Part shown: positions 26,642 through 36,368 of the stretch, piece after piece | How positions within the stretch are numbered: position 1 is the stretch's first letter | Layout: each line of letters starts with the position of its first letter | IMG/VR virus record: IMGVR_UViG_3300013383_000028 | Span: 1-64,000 of that record | Length of the DNA: 64,000 nucleotides | DNA from: a virus | Taxonomy: Duplodnaviria; Caudoviricetes | Reading direction: 5' to 3' (one strand) | The notes under the pieces: model-generated | Databases searched by the model: none | Told to the model about the DNA's origin: nothing | Seen by the model: the letters and a program-made list of their open reading frames with translations, nothing else | Translations under genes and position numbers: made by a program

Positions 26642-28054
26642 ATGCCGCTGACCAAAAACCAGAAGTCGATGGCGACCGGCCAACTCAAGGTGCTGCAAAG
26701 GCTGAATCCTTATGAGTTCGGCGTTGAACTGTGGCTGCTTAGAGACGGCGAGAACCGAAACAAGTGGTCGTACCAAAACCTCGATAAATACTACAAAACG
26801 TTCGTTGGGCAGCCAATTTTGATCGCCTATGTCATGGGAAAGATCGGAGATGGCCACAACAGCCAGCTCAAGACCGACCCCAGAACAGGCGAACAGTATT
26901 ACTCCTACACGGACGGAACGGCGGAACGCATTGTCGGAACGCTGTCAGATGATGAACGTGATTTTTCCCTCCAACAGAGGGATGGTCGAACTTGGATTGT
27001 TGCGAAAGGCAGGCTCTTCGCTTTCTACGCGAAGGAAGCCGTAGACGAAATCGTGCGAACAGGGCGCATGGATGTGTCTGTGGAAACGCTTACCTACGAA
27101 TCCCACATGGAAGGTGACGTTGAAGTAATCACGAACTTCCGTGGGATGGGCGTAACCATCCTTGGGGCGGGCGTTGCTCCGGCTGTTCCGGGGGCCAACA
27201 TCGCTCGACTTGCCGCAATGGACGAAGAATTTAAGACTTTGAAGCTCAAGGCGGCATCTTTGCAGAAGGCCCCGGATACAAACAACGCCCCGGATAACGG
27301 GAGCTTATCACACAAAGGAGTGAAAGACTTGAAAACTTATAACAAGAGACAGCTTGCGGAGCTTTCTGCTCGTTTCGAGGGTTATAAGGTTCTGGCCGCA
27401 GGCGAGAAGGACGGCAAGGTCTACGTCTGCACGCTGTCGAAGGACGGTGCTTACCAGTACTACGTCGTCGAGAATGCGGCCGAAACGATCGTCCCCGAAC
27501 GTTTCCAGAATCTCACGGTCAACGCTGTCATGCAGATGGGCGAAGAGTCCGTTTCTATGGACTGCATTGAGTTCATGGAACTCATCGGCAAAGAAAACAG
27601 CACGCGGCTGAGTGCTGCAGAAGCCAAGGTGAACTCTCTGGAACAGGAACTTGCTGATACGGATGCAAAGCTCAAGGCCATGAAGGAGTTCGAAGACAAG
27701 CGCCGTCTGAACGCAGCCAAGGACAAGGCCATGGCTACCCTCGCGAAGTTCAATGCGAACCGCGAACAGAAGGTTGCAGACACCGAGATCTCTGCCATTC
27801 TGAGCGACATCGAAGCAGGACTGTACACCAACAGCTATGACAAGGATCAGAACTGGACTGGTGAAGTGGAAGTCGCAAAGGCCGTCTACGCCGTCTGCGG
27901 TGAAGCCGTGGAGAAGATGGACGCTGCCGCTGCGAGCCGCAACAAGCAGGTCTACGCATGGGACAAGTTCAACCAGAACAGCGCGGGCGAGGACGATGGC
28001 AGCATCTCTGGCCTGTTTGCGAAGTGGGGCGTCGAAGCCGCCACTGAAAAGTGA
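26642..28054 (+). CDS. Prohead protease/scaffold
   Basis: DVSVETL, FRGMGVTILG..VAPAVPGA; C-terminal coiled coil; precedes the capsid genes. Confidence 0.7.
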   Translation: MPLTKNQKSMATGQLKVLQRLNPYEFGVELWLLRDGENRNKWSYQNLDKYYKTFVGQPILIAYVMGKIGDGHNSQLKTDPRTGEQYYSYTDGTAERIVGTLSDDERDFSLQQRDGRTWIVAKGRLFAFYAKEAVDEIVRTGRMDVSVETLTYESHMEGDVEVITNFRGMGVTILGAGVAPAVPGANIARLAAMDEEFKTLKLKAASLQKAPDTNNAPDNGSLSHKGVKDLKTYNKRQLAELSARFEGYKVLAAGEKDGKVYVCTLSKDGAYQYYVVENAAETIVPERFQNLTVNAVMQMGEESVSMDCIEFMELIGKENSTRLSAAEAKVNSLEQELADTDAKLKAMKEFEDKRRLNAAKDKAMATLAKFNANREQKVADTEISAILSDIEAGLYTNSYDKDQNWTGEVEVAKAVYAVCGEAVEKMDAAAASRNKQVYAWDKFNQNSAGEDDGSISGLFAKWGVEAATEK

Positions 28055-28071
28055 GAGAGGAGTGAAACGAA

Positions 28072-28653
28072 ATGTTTACTGAAAAAACTGCATTTGAGGC
28101 GCGCGTAACCAACAACTTCCGCGATGACCTCATCAACATCACCGGCAGATATCAGGCTTCCAGCGCTGATGCAGACTGCGATGCCGGCCGTCTGGTCGTT
28201 CGCAACGGTCAGCTTCCGTGCGAAGGCTTCACCGGCGTCAAGAACGAAAACGCGTGGTATATGAACGACGCTACCTCTGCCACCACCGCTGGCGATGTCG
28301 TCTACGCTGCGAACACCTACGAAGTTCAGCTGCTTCAGGGCAAGAACGGCAACATGTATGCCGTCGGCACCGAGACCCTTGGACTTGGCATTCCGGCCGG
28401 CCGCGACGGCACCTTCACCAAGATCGTTTTCGACGGTGATCACGCATACCGATTCGGTATCGGCAACGTCAACGCCGCAATCAGCACCAACACGTTCTTT
28501 ACCATCGACGCAGGCCAGCTGAAGCCCGCCGCTACTGCCCCGACTTCGAACGGCGCTCTGTACTTCAAACTGCTCGGCACCGGCAAGTTCACCGAAGGCA
28601 CCAACGCAAGCTTCGAGTACGTCGATGTACAGGCTTACAAGGTCTACGCATAA
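28072..28653 (+). CDS. Capsid decoration / minor head protein
   Basis: Position between protease and major capsid; highly biased codons. Confidence 0.6.
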   Translation: MFTEKTAFEARVTNNFRDDLINITGRYQASSADADCDAGRLVVRNGQLPCEGFTGVKNENAWYMNDATSATTAGDVVYAANTYEVQLLQGKNGNMYAVGTETLGLGIPAGRDGTFTKIVFDGDHAYRFGIGNVNAAISTNTFFTIDAGQLKPAATAPTSNGALYFKLLGTGKFTEGTNASFEYVDVQAYKVYA

Positions 28654-28670
28654 GGAAGGAGTGAATCAAC

Positions 28671-29894
28671 ATGCCGAAAATTAATCTGAACAGCGTTCCT
28701 ACGTCTGTTTTCATGGTCAACGCGTCCAACGATGAGCGCGCTGATATCGTCTCCAAGGGCAGAGTGCTCTTCTATGAGCATGCTGCGACCGGCAAGTCTG
28801 CCATTATGGCGGCAAACGGTCTGAACGCAAACAGCGTGCAGCATATGCTGACCCCGAAGGGCTATAAGGAACTGAACGAAAAGTTCCAGTGCGAGCACCT
28901 GATGTACGCTGCAAAGGTCTGCTGCGCACAGACCGGCGAGGCCGCACCCGCGAACTTCGATGAGTTCAAGCGGAACGGCCAGCGGTTCTACGGCAACCCG
29001 GCGTTCTACCGTGTCCTTCAGGGCATCTATCAGGAGATCGTCACCCCGATCATCGCTTCCGTCTACTCTGAAGCTGTCGATCGCTTTGCCGATGTCGTTG
29101 AGGTCGGCTTTGGCGAGACCTACGCCATCTCCGTTGGCTCCAACGATATCCCGGTCTTCCAGGATTCCTCTTGGGGCGCGTCCAGAAGCGTTCCCAGCAA
29201 CCGCTTCTACTCCAAGGACTATACGCTCAACCCGCAGCCCAAGACCGCACAGATCGTCGCAAAGTGGTTCCAGCTGGTCGGCAACAATCAGGACTTCGGC
29301 GTCTTCTTTGCCAACATCGTCGCTGGCATGTACGCGAAGACCATGGGCATGTGGAATGCCGCTCTGACCGCGGCTGCCGCAGACACGACCATGATTCCGG
29401 CAAACCTGAACTACACGTTCAGCAACCAGAACTGGCTCTCCGCTGCGAACAAGATTGCTGCCCTCAACAACACGGTTACGACCAATCTGTTTGCGACCGG
29501 CTCTGCTGTCGCTCTCGGCAAGGTTCTCCCCACGCAGGCGACTGGCACCACCAACGTCAACATGGATGCTGCGCTGGCAATGCTGCTCGGCGAACGCTAC
29601 AACAGCACTGGCATGCTGGGTGAGTTCCTTGGTGTGCGTCTGATGCCGCTGCGTGATGCTGTCAGCCCGATCGGCCTGAACACCGCCCCGACTACCATCC
29701 TGTCTGCAAACGACATTTGGATGATGGCCGCGAACAGCAGAAAGCCGATGACCATCGCTTACAACTCCGCGACGCCCATCACCCTTGAGATCGATCCCAC
29801 GCGGGCATCTGACTTCTCTGTGGGAATCAATCTCACCATCGCGCTTGATTCTGTCTCTGTGTTTTCTAGCCGTATTGCCCATTTTACGATTTAA
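28671..29894 (+). CDS. Major capsid protein
   Basis: 407 aa, strong codon bias, canonical position, followed by a hairpin. Confidence 0.8.
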   Translation: MPKINLNSVPTSVFMVNASNDERADIVSKGRVLFYEHAATGKSAIMAANGLNANSVQHMLTPKGYKELNEKFQCEHLMYAAKVCCAQTGEAAPANFDEFKRNGQRFYGNPAFYRVLQGIYQEIVTPIIASVYSEAVDRFADVVEVGFGETYAISVGSNDIPVFQDSSWGASRSVPSNRFYSKDYTLNPQPKTAQIVAKWFQLVGNNQDFGVFFANIVAGMYAKTMGMWNAALTAAAADTTMIPANLNYTFSNQNWLSAANKIAALNNTVTTNLFATGSAVALGKVLPTQATGTTNVNMDAALAMLLGERYNSTGMLGEFLGVRLMPLRDAVSPIGLNTAPTTILSANDIWMMAANSRKPMTIAYNSATPITLEIDPTRASDFSVGINLTIALDSVSVFSSRIAHFTI

Positions 29895-29907
29895 GCGTTC
29901 CTCCTTT

Positions 29908-29941
29908 TGCGGGGCGGGTATCACCTCCGCCCGTCCCGCAG
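29908..29941 (+). terminator. GC-rich hairpin without a U-tract after the capsid gene
   Basis: TGCGGGGCGGG...CCCGTCCCGCA. Confidence 0.5.
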
Positions 29942-29945
29942 CATA

Positions 29946-29996
29946 TGGTTCTACATGGCGCAGTAAGAAACGGTTCGAGTCCGTTCGGAGCCAACA
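29946..29996 (+). ncRNA. tRNA-like element (acceptor-like stem plus T-arm, no anticodon arm)
   Basis: TGGTTCT/GGAGCCA stem; AACGG-TTCGAGT-CCGTT T-arm. Confidence 0.55.
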
Positions 29997-30038
29997 TCAG
30001 TGGAGGAAAAGCCATAAAATCTGAAAGGAGTGTGCGAT

Positions 30039-30953
30039 ATGGCTGAAAGCAAGAATACTGGTAAGAAACCCGGAAGACCGAAGAAGACCCCTGTGGTTGA
30101 GGAAGCCAAGGAAGAAGTGGTTTTCTTCGATGTCCCAGAAGAACAGACTGTAAATACCGCGGAGAAAGCAGAACTGGCCGAAGAGAATGTTCTGACTGTC
30201 AATGCGGATGATGTGACGGGAATCAGCTATGACGGCAGTGAGACCCCGCTGACCGAACTGGCTCCCGAACTGAAGGGTGAGGAAGTCGAAGTTCCCACGG
30301 AAGCAATCGTTCACGAAGAAGCCAAAACACCGCAGGCAGAGCCGACGTTTACGATGGCTGACGTGCAGAAGATGGTAGCAGAGGCTGTTGCAAAGGCAAC
30401 TGCGGAGATTCAGGCAAAGACCACTACCGTCCCGCAGATTGTGCAGGTCGCGAATGATACCGAAATGGTGCAGTTCCTGTGGCAGGCGGAAGTTTCCGTC
30501 GACAATACCATCGCATTCGGCGAGGGCGGAATCTACGGTCAGATCACCGGCAAGACCGGAAGCTTCTATGTCCCAAAAAGAGACCTGTCCAGAGTGCTTT
30601 CGGAACTCAATCGCTACTTCCTGAAGAAGCGTTGGCTGATCGTAGTCTCTGGCCTGAACGAAGAGGAGCGGGAAGCGCTCGGCGTCAACTATAAAGAAGG
30701 GGAGATTCTGGACAAGAAGGCCTTCGCGAAAATGGTTGAACTCGGCGATCAGATGCTGGAAATCTATCCGAACCTCTGCGAAGGTCATAAGAAAATGGTC
30801 GCGCAGCGGTATGCGGATGCGTACCATGATGGCAGCCCCTACGTGACGAGAGACATCGTGGTCAAGCTCAATGAAATGAGCAAGACAGCCAAGAACCAGA
30901 AGGGCGATTTCGTCGCCATTATCGAGGAAATGAACGCGCGAGACGCGCAATAA
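30039..30953 (+). CDS. Acidic head-associated protein (YonA-like position)
   Basis: Glu-rich N-terminal half; follows the capsid gene. Confidence 0.6.
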   Translation: MAESKNTGKKPGRPKKTPVVEEAKEEVVFFDVPEEQTVNTAEKAELAEENVLTVNADDVTGISYDGSETPLTELAPELKGEEVEVPTEAIVHEEAKTPQAEPTFTMADVQKMVAEAVAKATAEIQAKTTTVPQIVQVANDTEMVQFLWQAEVSVDNTIAFGEGGIYGQITGKTGSFYVPKRDLSRVLSELNRYFLKKRWLIVVSGLNEEEREALGVNYKEGEILDKKAFAKMVELGDQMLEIYPNLCEGHKKMVAQRYADAYHDGSPYVTRDIVVKLNEMSKTAKNQKGDFVAIIEEMNARDAQ

Positions 30954-30994
30954 GCATTGCGCCGCATGTGGGCGCAGGAAAGAGGTATTGAAAC

Positions 30995-31990
30995 ATGAGT
31001 AGTCCTATCTATAGTGAGTTTTCCTTTGTGCCTGCGTCCGCATACGCGGCTGGTAAGAACGTTTTGCCGGATATCCGCACGGCAGTCCAGAATAACTTCT
31101 CTGGCCTTGAGTGGAGCGGTTCGGAAGCGGATATTCTCGGCGTTGAAATGCAATCTGCGGCGGCTTTTACTGTGAAGCTCAACCGAGAGACGCAGCTGGC
31201 GGCGGTGCAGGAAGGTTCGGTCTATACCGTTAAATACAATGGCCCGATTGAATATGTCGTATTCAGCGCGGCCACCACGCTCACCTATTTCCACGTTCGG
31301 TGGGCAATGCAGAACAAGACGCATGGTGTCGTAACACTCACGACCGTATCTGGCGCTGCAATCTCGCGCGGCGGATACGAAGTGCCCACCGTTGATACCG
31401 GCAAATATGAACTGGCTATTGGCGGCTATGTCCTTACCGCAGACGGCGTAAGAACGACGTTCTTCTATAACCTTGAAAGCACTCTGACTGTGAGATTCAG
31501 CATTGAAAGTGCTGATGTGACGGTCGGACCTGCGCTGACCTATACGGGCGGTGAACAGGAAAAAACTGTGACAAGCGTGAAAGTGGGCACAAAGACCCTT
31601 ACCGTCAACACCGACTACACTGTGTCTGGCAATACAGGCACAAACGCCGGCGCATACTCTCTGAGAATCGACGGTATTGGCAGCTACAAGGGCACAATCA
31701 TCGCCCCGTGGACAATCGCAAAGGCAGCGGCTGGACTGAGCGTTACGCCGGAAGCCCTTGATATGTCTGCCGGCGCAAGCGATACCTTCAAGATCGCGAC
31801 CAGTTCCAACGGAACGATGCACATTGAGAACAGCAATCCGGATGTCGCATCGTTTGGAGAAGTGGACGAAAGCTCGAACGTCACAGTGGAAGCGCTGGCT
31901 GCGGGTGAGACGGTTATCACTGTCGCGCAGGATGAAAACGAAAACTATCTGGCAGGACAGGCACAATGCACTGTCACTGTCGCGGCTTAA
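30995..31990 (+). CDS. Ig-like domain virion protein
   Basis: TDYTVSGNTGTNAGAY; C-terminal Big_2-like VTVEALAAGETVITV. Confidence 0.7.
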   Translation: MSSPIYSEFSFVPASAYAAGKNVLPDIRTAVQNNFSGLEWSGSEADILGVEMQSAAAFTVKLNRETQLAAVQEGSVYTVKYNGPIEYVVFSAATTLTYFHVRWAMQNKTHGVVTLTTVSGAAISRGGYEVPTVDTGKYELAIGGYVLTADGVRTTFFYNLESTLTVRFSIESADVTVGPALTYTGGEQEKTVTSVKVGTKTLTVNTDYTVSGNTGTNAGAYSLRIDGIGSYKGTIIAPWTIAKAAAGLSVTPEALDMSAGASDTFKIATSSNGTMHIENSNPDVASFGEVDESSNVTVEALAAGETVITVAQDENENYLAGQAQCTVTVAA

Positions 31991-32013
31991 TATAGAAAGG
32001 CGGCGGTCACATC

Positions 32014-32163
32014 ATGGACAGCAAGGAACGAATTGAAGCTCTGTGCGGCATCATTGAATCTCTTTTGCTTCTCATTGAAGATGAGACTGCCGCCGACTGT
32101 ATCCGGGAGGAATACCGAAACACGATGGACAATTCTTCCTATGAGAAGGAGGAATGGGACTGA
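32014..32163 (+). CDS. 49-aa acidic protein (not in the ORF track)
   Basis: MDSKERIEALCGIIESLLLLIEDE...; coupled to the next gene. Confidence 0.5.
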   Translation: MDSKERIEALCGIIESLLLLIEDETAADCIREEYRNTMDNSSYEKEEWD

Positions 32164-32876
32164 TGGGGACCTCTTGGAGCGATATCATTACAAATCATGC
32201 CATGGTCATCATCGGCGATGAGCGAATGACGGATGACCTCAGAACTGATGCGGCGCTTTTCTTTCGCCGTATGAGCGCTTGGGTCGGTATGGCAATCCCA
32301 ATGCTGAAAAGCCCGCCTGAACTGCAAGCGTACCTGACGGACGGGCTTGTAGAGCCACAATACGCCGATTTCGACTGGGTAAGCGACCAGACCAGCACAA
32401 CGCAGGAAACGGTCCTGCAAACCGGCAAGATCGGCTATGAGCTGTGCAGCTGTGTGACAGTGCAGTATGCGCGGAATGGAGACGCAACGTTCTTCCCGTG
32501 CTTGGACTTCACGTATGACGCAGAAACCGGAACTGTGACATTCCCTCAGCAGGATAACGCGGGAACCGAGTACCGGCTGGACTTCTATACGGACGGCCAG
32601 TTCCCACATGATCTGACGCTCCGGCAGAAGCGGCTTCTTGGACTGGCAATCGCGGTGACGTGGGATAACCGGTTCAACAGAGAATGGCTGAACATTCAGC
32701 CGAAGGTCAAGGACAAGAGCTTCAACACACCGAACGAGAACACGACGATGAAGGAATCGACCGCGCGGTATAAGGAAAACTTGCAGGTTTTCTATTCGGA
32801 ACTGCGCGGGTACGAACAGGAATGCGCCTACATGAACAGGGTGAATCCCATGCGGCGCGTGTTTTCCATGCTGTGA
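32163..32876 (+). CDS. Head-tail adaptor (putative)
   Basis: Position; KDKSFNTP-type motif seen in SPbeta-like adaptors. Confidence 0.55.
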   Translation: MGTSWSDIITNHAMVIIGDERMTDDLRTDAALFFRRMSAWVGMAIPMLKSPPELQAYLTDGLVEPQYADFDWVSDQTSTTQETVLQTGKIGYELCSCVTVQYARNGDATFFPCLDFTYDAETGTVTFPQQDNAGTEYRLDFYTDGQFPHDLTLRQKRLLGLAIAVTWDNRFNREWLNIQPKVKDKSFNTPNENTTMKESTARYKENLQVFYSELRGYEQECAYMNRVNPMRRVFSML

Positions 32877-32904
32877 TGACGAAACGAAAGGACGGTTTGA
32901 CATC

Positions 32905-34224
32905 ATGCCGATCTCAGACAATATCAAGAACGGCCTGATCGCATCCGGCCGACTGAAAACAGCAATCAGAAACGCACCGGCGCAATATGGCGACCGTCAG
33001 CGGCAGTACCTTGGAGACCCAAGCACAGAGTTTGTGCATCAGTACGCAAAATACGCGACGGATTTCTTCGCGGCGCGTGTACAGGGATTGAACCCGGATG
33101 CACCATATGAGTGGGAGACCACTTATATCCGCATGGCCGATATCGCGCCGGAGACTGCTTCAACGCTCCGTAAGCAGGATGACTACAAGAACATCATGTT
33201 TGCGGATGAAAGCATCGAATACGTGCCGGAAGGTACGAAAATCGAAGCCATGGGCAGCATCTGGCTGGTCACAAACCCGCAGAACATCTCCAATGCGATT
33301 GGCGGCGGCGTCATCCAGCGCTGCCGGTCCACATGGAACCATCTGGACTGGTACGGAAACCTGCTGCAGGAACCGCTCTGCGTAGAAAAGGCTATCCTGA
33401 CCGCGAATGACAGCGATATGCAGGAGTATGCCCTTATCACCAAAGGCTACGTCAATATCACCTGCCAGAGAAATGAGCACACGAAGAATCTGAACACCAA
33501 CAGCCGCATGATTCTCGGCTCTTCGGCGTTCCGGATCACGGGCTTCGGCGATTACGCGCAGGAGTTCACCGGCAATTACGATTCCGTCAGGCTCCTTGAG
33601 TTCACGGCCAGATATGAGCCACCAAATGAAGAAATAGATGACATGGAACGCCACGTGGCTGGCGGCAAGACGTTTTCTTGGGAAATCCGAGTGAACGGAC
33701 AACCCAAAATAAAAGCCGGTCAGAAAGCTGTGCTGACCGCCACAAGCGTTCGCTGCGGCGAGTATGCGGCAAGCACGGAACAGAACCCCGTAAACTACAT
33801 TTGGACTTCGAATGATGAATTGATAGCATCCGTAAGACCAGATGGGCTTGTTACGGCGATTTCTGGCGGAAAATGTGCGATCCGCTGCACACTCGCGCAG
33901 AATCAGGATATTTTTATGGACTATGAATTGATGGTGGAACCTGTTTCTGAAGAACCAGAAATCGCGTTCCTTGGAACTATCCCACAAAGACTAAAGATGT
34001 ATGAAAGCGCAACAATCACAGCCGCGTATTTCGAAAACGGTGAGCAGACAGATAGCGTGGTTCACTATGAGTTTGAAGGTGCTGACGCTATGGCATACAG
34101 CGCAGAAGTAAGTGGAAATGCTGTGACGGTTACGTGCTGGCGCGGTAATACGCTTCCCCTGACTGTTACAGCCGCGTATGGAGATCTTCGCGTAAGTGCC
34201 GATATTGAGCTGGAGGGTATTTGA
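32905..34224 (+). CDS. Head-closure protein with Ig-like extensions
   Basis: IWLVT...GVIQRC.STWNHLD; Big_2-like WTSNDELIASVRPDGLVTA. Confidence 0.6.
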   Translation: MPISDNIKNGLIASGRLKTAIRNAPAQYGDRQRQYLGDPSTEFVHQYAKYATDFFAARVQGLNPDAPYEWETTYIRMADIAPETASTLRKQDDYKNIMFADESIEYVPEGTKIEAMGSIWLVTNPQNISNAIGGGVIQRCRSTWNHLDWYGNLLQEPLCVEKAILTANDSDMQEYALITKGYVNITCQRNEHTKNLNTNSRMILGSSAFRITGFGDYAQEFTGNYDSVRLLEFTARYEPPNEEIDDMERHVAGGKTFSWEIRVNGQPKIKAGQKAVLTATSVRCGEYAASTEQNPVNYIWTSNDELIASVRPDGLVTAISGGKCAIRCTLAQNQDIFMDYELMVEPVSEEPEIAFLGTIPQRLKMYESATITAAYFENGEQTDSVVHYEFEGADAMAYSAEVSGNAVTVTCWRGNTLPLTVTAAYGDLRVSADIELEGI

Positions 34225-35867
34225 TGGCGACTTCTATAATGCAAGGTGACAAGTACGCAATCCCGTTTGTGCTGCAAGCACTGGATGGCACGCTTATCAC
34301 GCCCGATGTGGTGAATACTGTAATTCTGAACCTTGGCAGCTTTTCACGGCAATATCCCGGAGACGTTACATATGAAAACGGGAAGTGGCTCATGCCGCTT
34401 GCGCAGAAACAGACCTTTGCGATGCGTGGGTTCGTAGAGCCACAGGCAAGAGTTGAGTTTTCGGACGGAAGCATCTTCGGTGGAGCCGGTGATGCCATTG
34501 ATGTTACAAAAGCTCTGAGCCTCGGCATTGTCGGAACTGACGGAAAAAAAGGCAGCACAATAAGCAAGAACTCCACCAAAAATTCAGGCGCAACCGGAAT
34601 GATCTTCATTCGCATCAATGCGGCCGGGGTTGAAGTTACACTCAACGGCGCAGTGCGATACGATACGCCGCAGGAACTTACAGAGGAACAGAAAGAACAA
34701 GCACGGAAGAACATCGGGGCGGATAAAGCTGGAACGGGCGCAGTTCTGTACGATCAGGCACAGGATTTGACCGCTGAACAGAAATTACAGGCGAGAGAAA
34801 ACATCGGAGCTGGAACGTCTGACTTCGACGGCTCGTACAACAGTTTGACCGACAAACCGGAACCGTATGAACTTCCAACCGCTAGTGAAGAAGCCCTTGG
34901 CGGCGTAAAAGCGATTCCGAAGGCCGACGAGATGACTGAACAGGTCGGTATCGACGAGAACGGTACGCTCTGGTACAAACCGGGAAGCGGAGGCGCTACT
35001 GCTACACCAACTGCGGACGAAGTCCTTTTTACGAAAGACCTTATACTTACGGAACAGTTCGGACGCTATACGCCGGTGAACGGCAAAGTAACTGTGCCGG
35101 CAGAAGAAAAGAGCGTACAGGCGGTTATCTTAAACGCATTCTCACAGGACAAAAATCCAACGATCACACAGCCAACGATAGGCATTACCTTCACTCCCGG
35201 AAAAGCCTACGAGGTTGGAACTCCTGTTACGGTCACATACGCCGGTACATTTAACCCCGGAAATTACTCATACGGGCCTGATACTGGCATCACAGTAAGC
35301 GCGTGGAAGTCCACAAACAACGTTACGGATGAGACACTAGATACTCAAAGCGGAACATTTGCGAACTATGTGGTTGCGGATGGAGCCAATTACCGGGTAA
35401 CAGTGAAGGGCACATACACGGACGGCGCAATTCCGCTGACTGCGCTTGGCGCAGAATATGCCGAAGGTCAAATCAAAGGCGGCAGCAAGACGGCGACCAG
35501 CTCGGCGATTACCGGATATAGAAATTCATTCTACGGCACAACGACCGACAAGGAAGCAACAACGGACAGCGCCATTATTCGCGGACTTGCGCAGAAGTCC
35601 AACCGGGCATATACAAATGGCTCCACATTCACCGTAAATGTACCTGTAGGTGCACTGCGCGTCATTATCGCTTACCCCGCGACGCTGCGCGATTTAACGA
35701 GTGTCAAGGACGTGAACGGAATGAACGCCGATATCACGTCAGCGTTCGTACAGTCAACGGTCGATGTTGAAGGCGCATCCTCGTATCTTGCAATTCCGTA
35801 CAAGGTTTATACGCAAGACTTCGCAAACCCAAACGATGTGAATGACACGTACACAGTCACAATCTGA
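34224..35867 (+). CDS. Fibre/appendage protein with LTxEQKxQARxNIGA repeats
   Basis: Two LTEEQKEQARKNIGA / LTAEQKLQARENIGA repeats; beta-rich C-terminus. Confidence 0.6.
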   Translation: MATSIMQGDKYAIPFVLQALDGTLITPDVVNTVILNLGSFSRQYPGDVTYENGKWLMPLAQKQTFAMRGFVEPQARVEFSDGSIFGGAGDAIDVTKALSLGIVGTDGKKGSTISKNSTKNSGATGMIFIRINAAGVEVTLNGAVRYDTPQELTEEQKEQARKNIGADKAGTGAVLYDQAQDLTAEQKLQARENIGAGTSDFDGSYNSLTDKPEPYELPTASEEALGGVKAIPKADEMTEQVGIDENGTLWYKPGSGGATATPTADEVLFTKDLILTEQFGRYTPVNGKVTVPAEEKSVQAVILNAFSQDKNPTITQPTIGITFTPGKAYEVGTPVTVTYAGTFNPGNYSYGPDTGITVSAWKSTNNVTDETLDTQSGTFANYVVADGANYRVTVKGTYTDGAIPLTALGAEYAEGQIKGGSKTATSSAITGYRNSFYGTTTDKEATTDSAIIRGLAQKSNRAYTNGSTFTVNVPVGALRVIIAYPATLRDLTSVKDVNGMNADITSAFVQSTVDVEGASSYLAIPYKVYTQDFANPNDVNDTYTVTI

Positions 35868-35885
35868 GCGGAAGGAGGAGTGTAG

Positions 35886-36344
35886 ATGGCGATTACCAGT
35901 ATACCGAAAACAAACATGAGCGTATCGTTTGCGATGACGTCAGCGATACCAGCAGAGTACAATGCCTACTTCAACTCCCTCGAAGAAGCAGAGGCAGCTG
36001 CCGCCATGGCTGGGCCTCCGGGTTCCACAAACACTGTATACTACTACTGTCAAGTGCTTCACGTTCTGACAGATACAACGGCAGACCTCTACGTAATCCA
36101 GCCAAATAAGACTTTGAAGTACATTGGCTCGGATGCATCAGGCGGTTCAGATAAAAGTTTTGTGTTTACGCAAAGCGTAGCGGCTGCAAAATGGGAAATT
36201 CAACACAATTTGGACAAATACCCGTCCGTATCTATCGTGGACAGCGCAGGAACAGAAGTAGTAGGAGACGTGCAGTATACAGATCAAAACAACATTGTGA
36301 TACTGTTTACCGCGCCGTTTTCCGGAAAAGCATATCTCAACTAA
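35886..36344 (+). CDS. Fibre-associated structural protein
   Basis: WEIQHNLDKYPSVSIVD motif; FSGKAYLN end. Confidence 0.6.
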   Translation: MAITSIPKTNMSVSFAMTSAIPAEYNAYFNSLEEAEAAAAMAGPPGSTNTVYYYCQVLHVLTDTTADLYVIQPNKTLKYIGSDASGGSDKSFVFTQSVAAAKWEIQHNLDKYPSVSIVDSAGTEVVGDVQYTDQNNIVILFTAPFSGKAYLN

Positions 36345-36368
36345 ATTTATGAGAAGGAGAAATTACTC

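Noticed and set aside
28644-29924. Long minus-strand ORFs opposite structural genes (also 30839-31966, 36363-37655, 43110-44447, 8457-9716)
   Set aside because: Shadow frames caused by biased codon use on the coding strand; no RBS or recognisable motifs.
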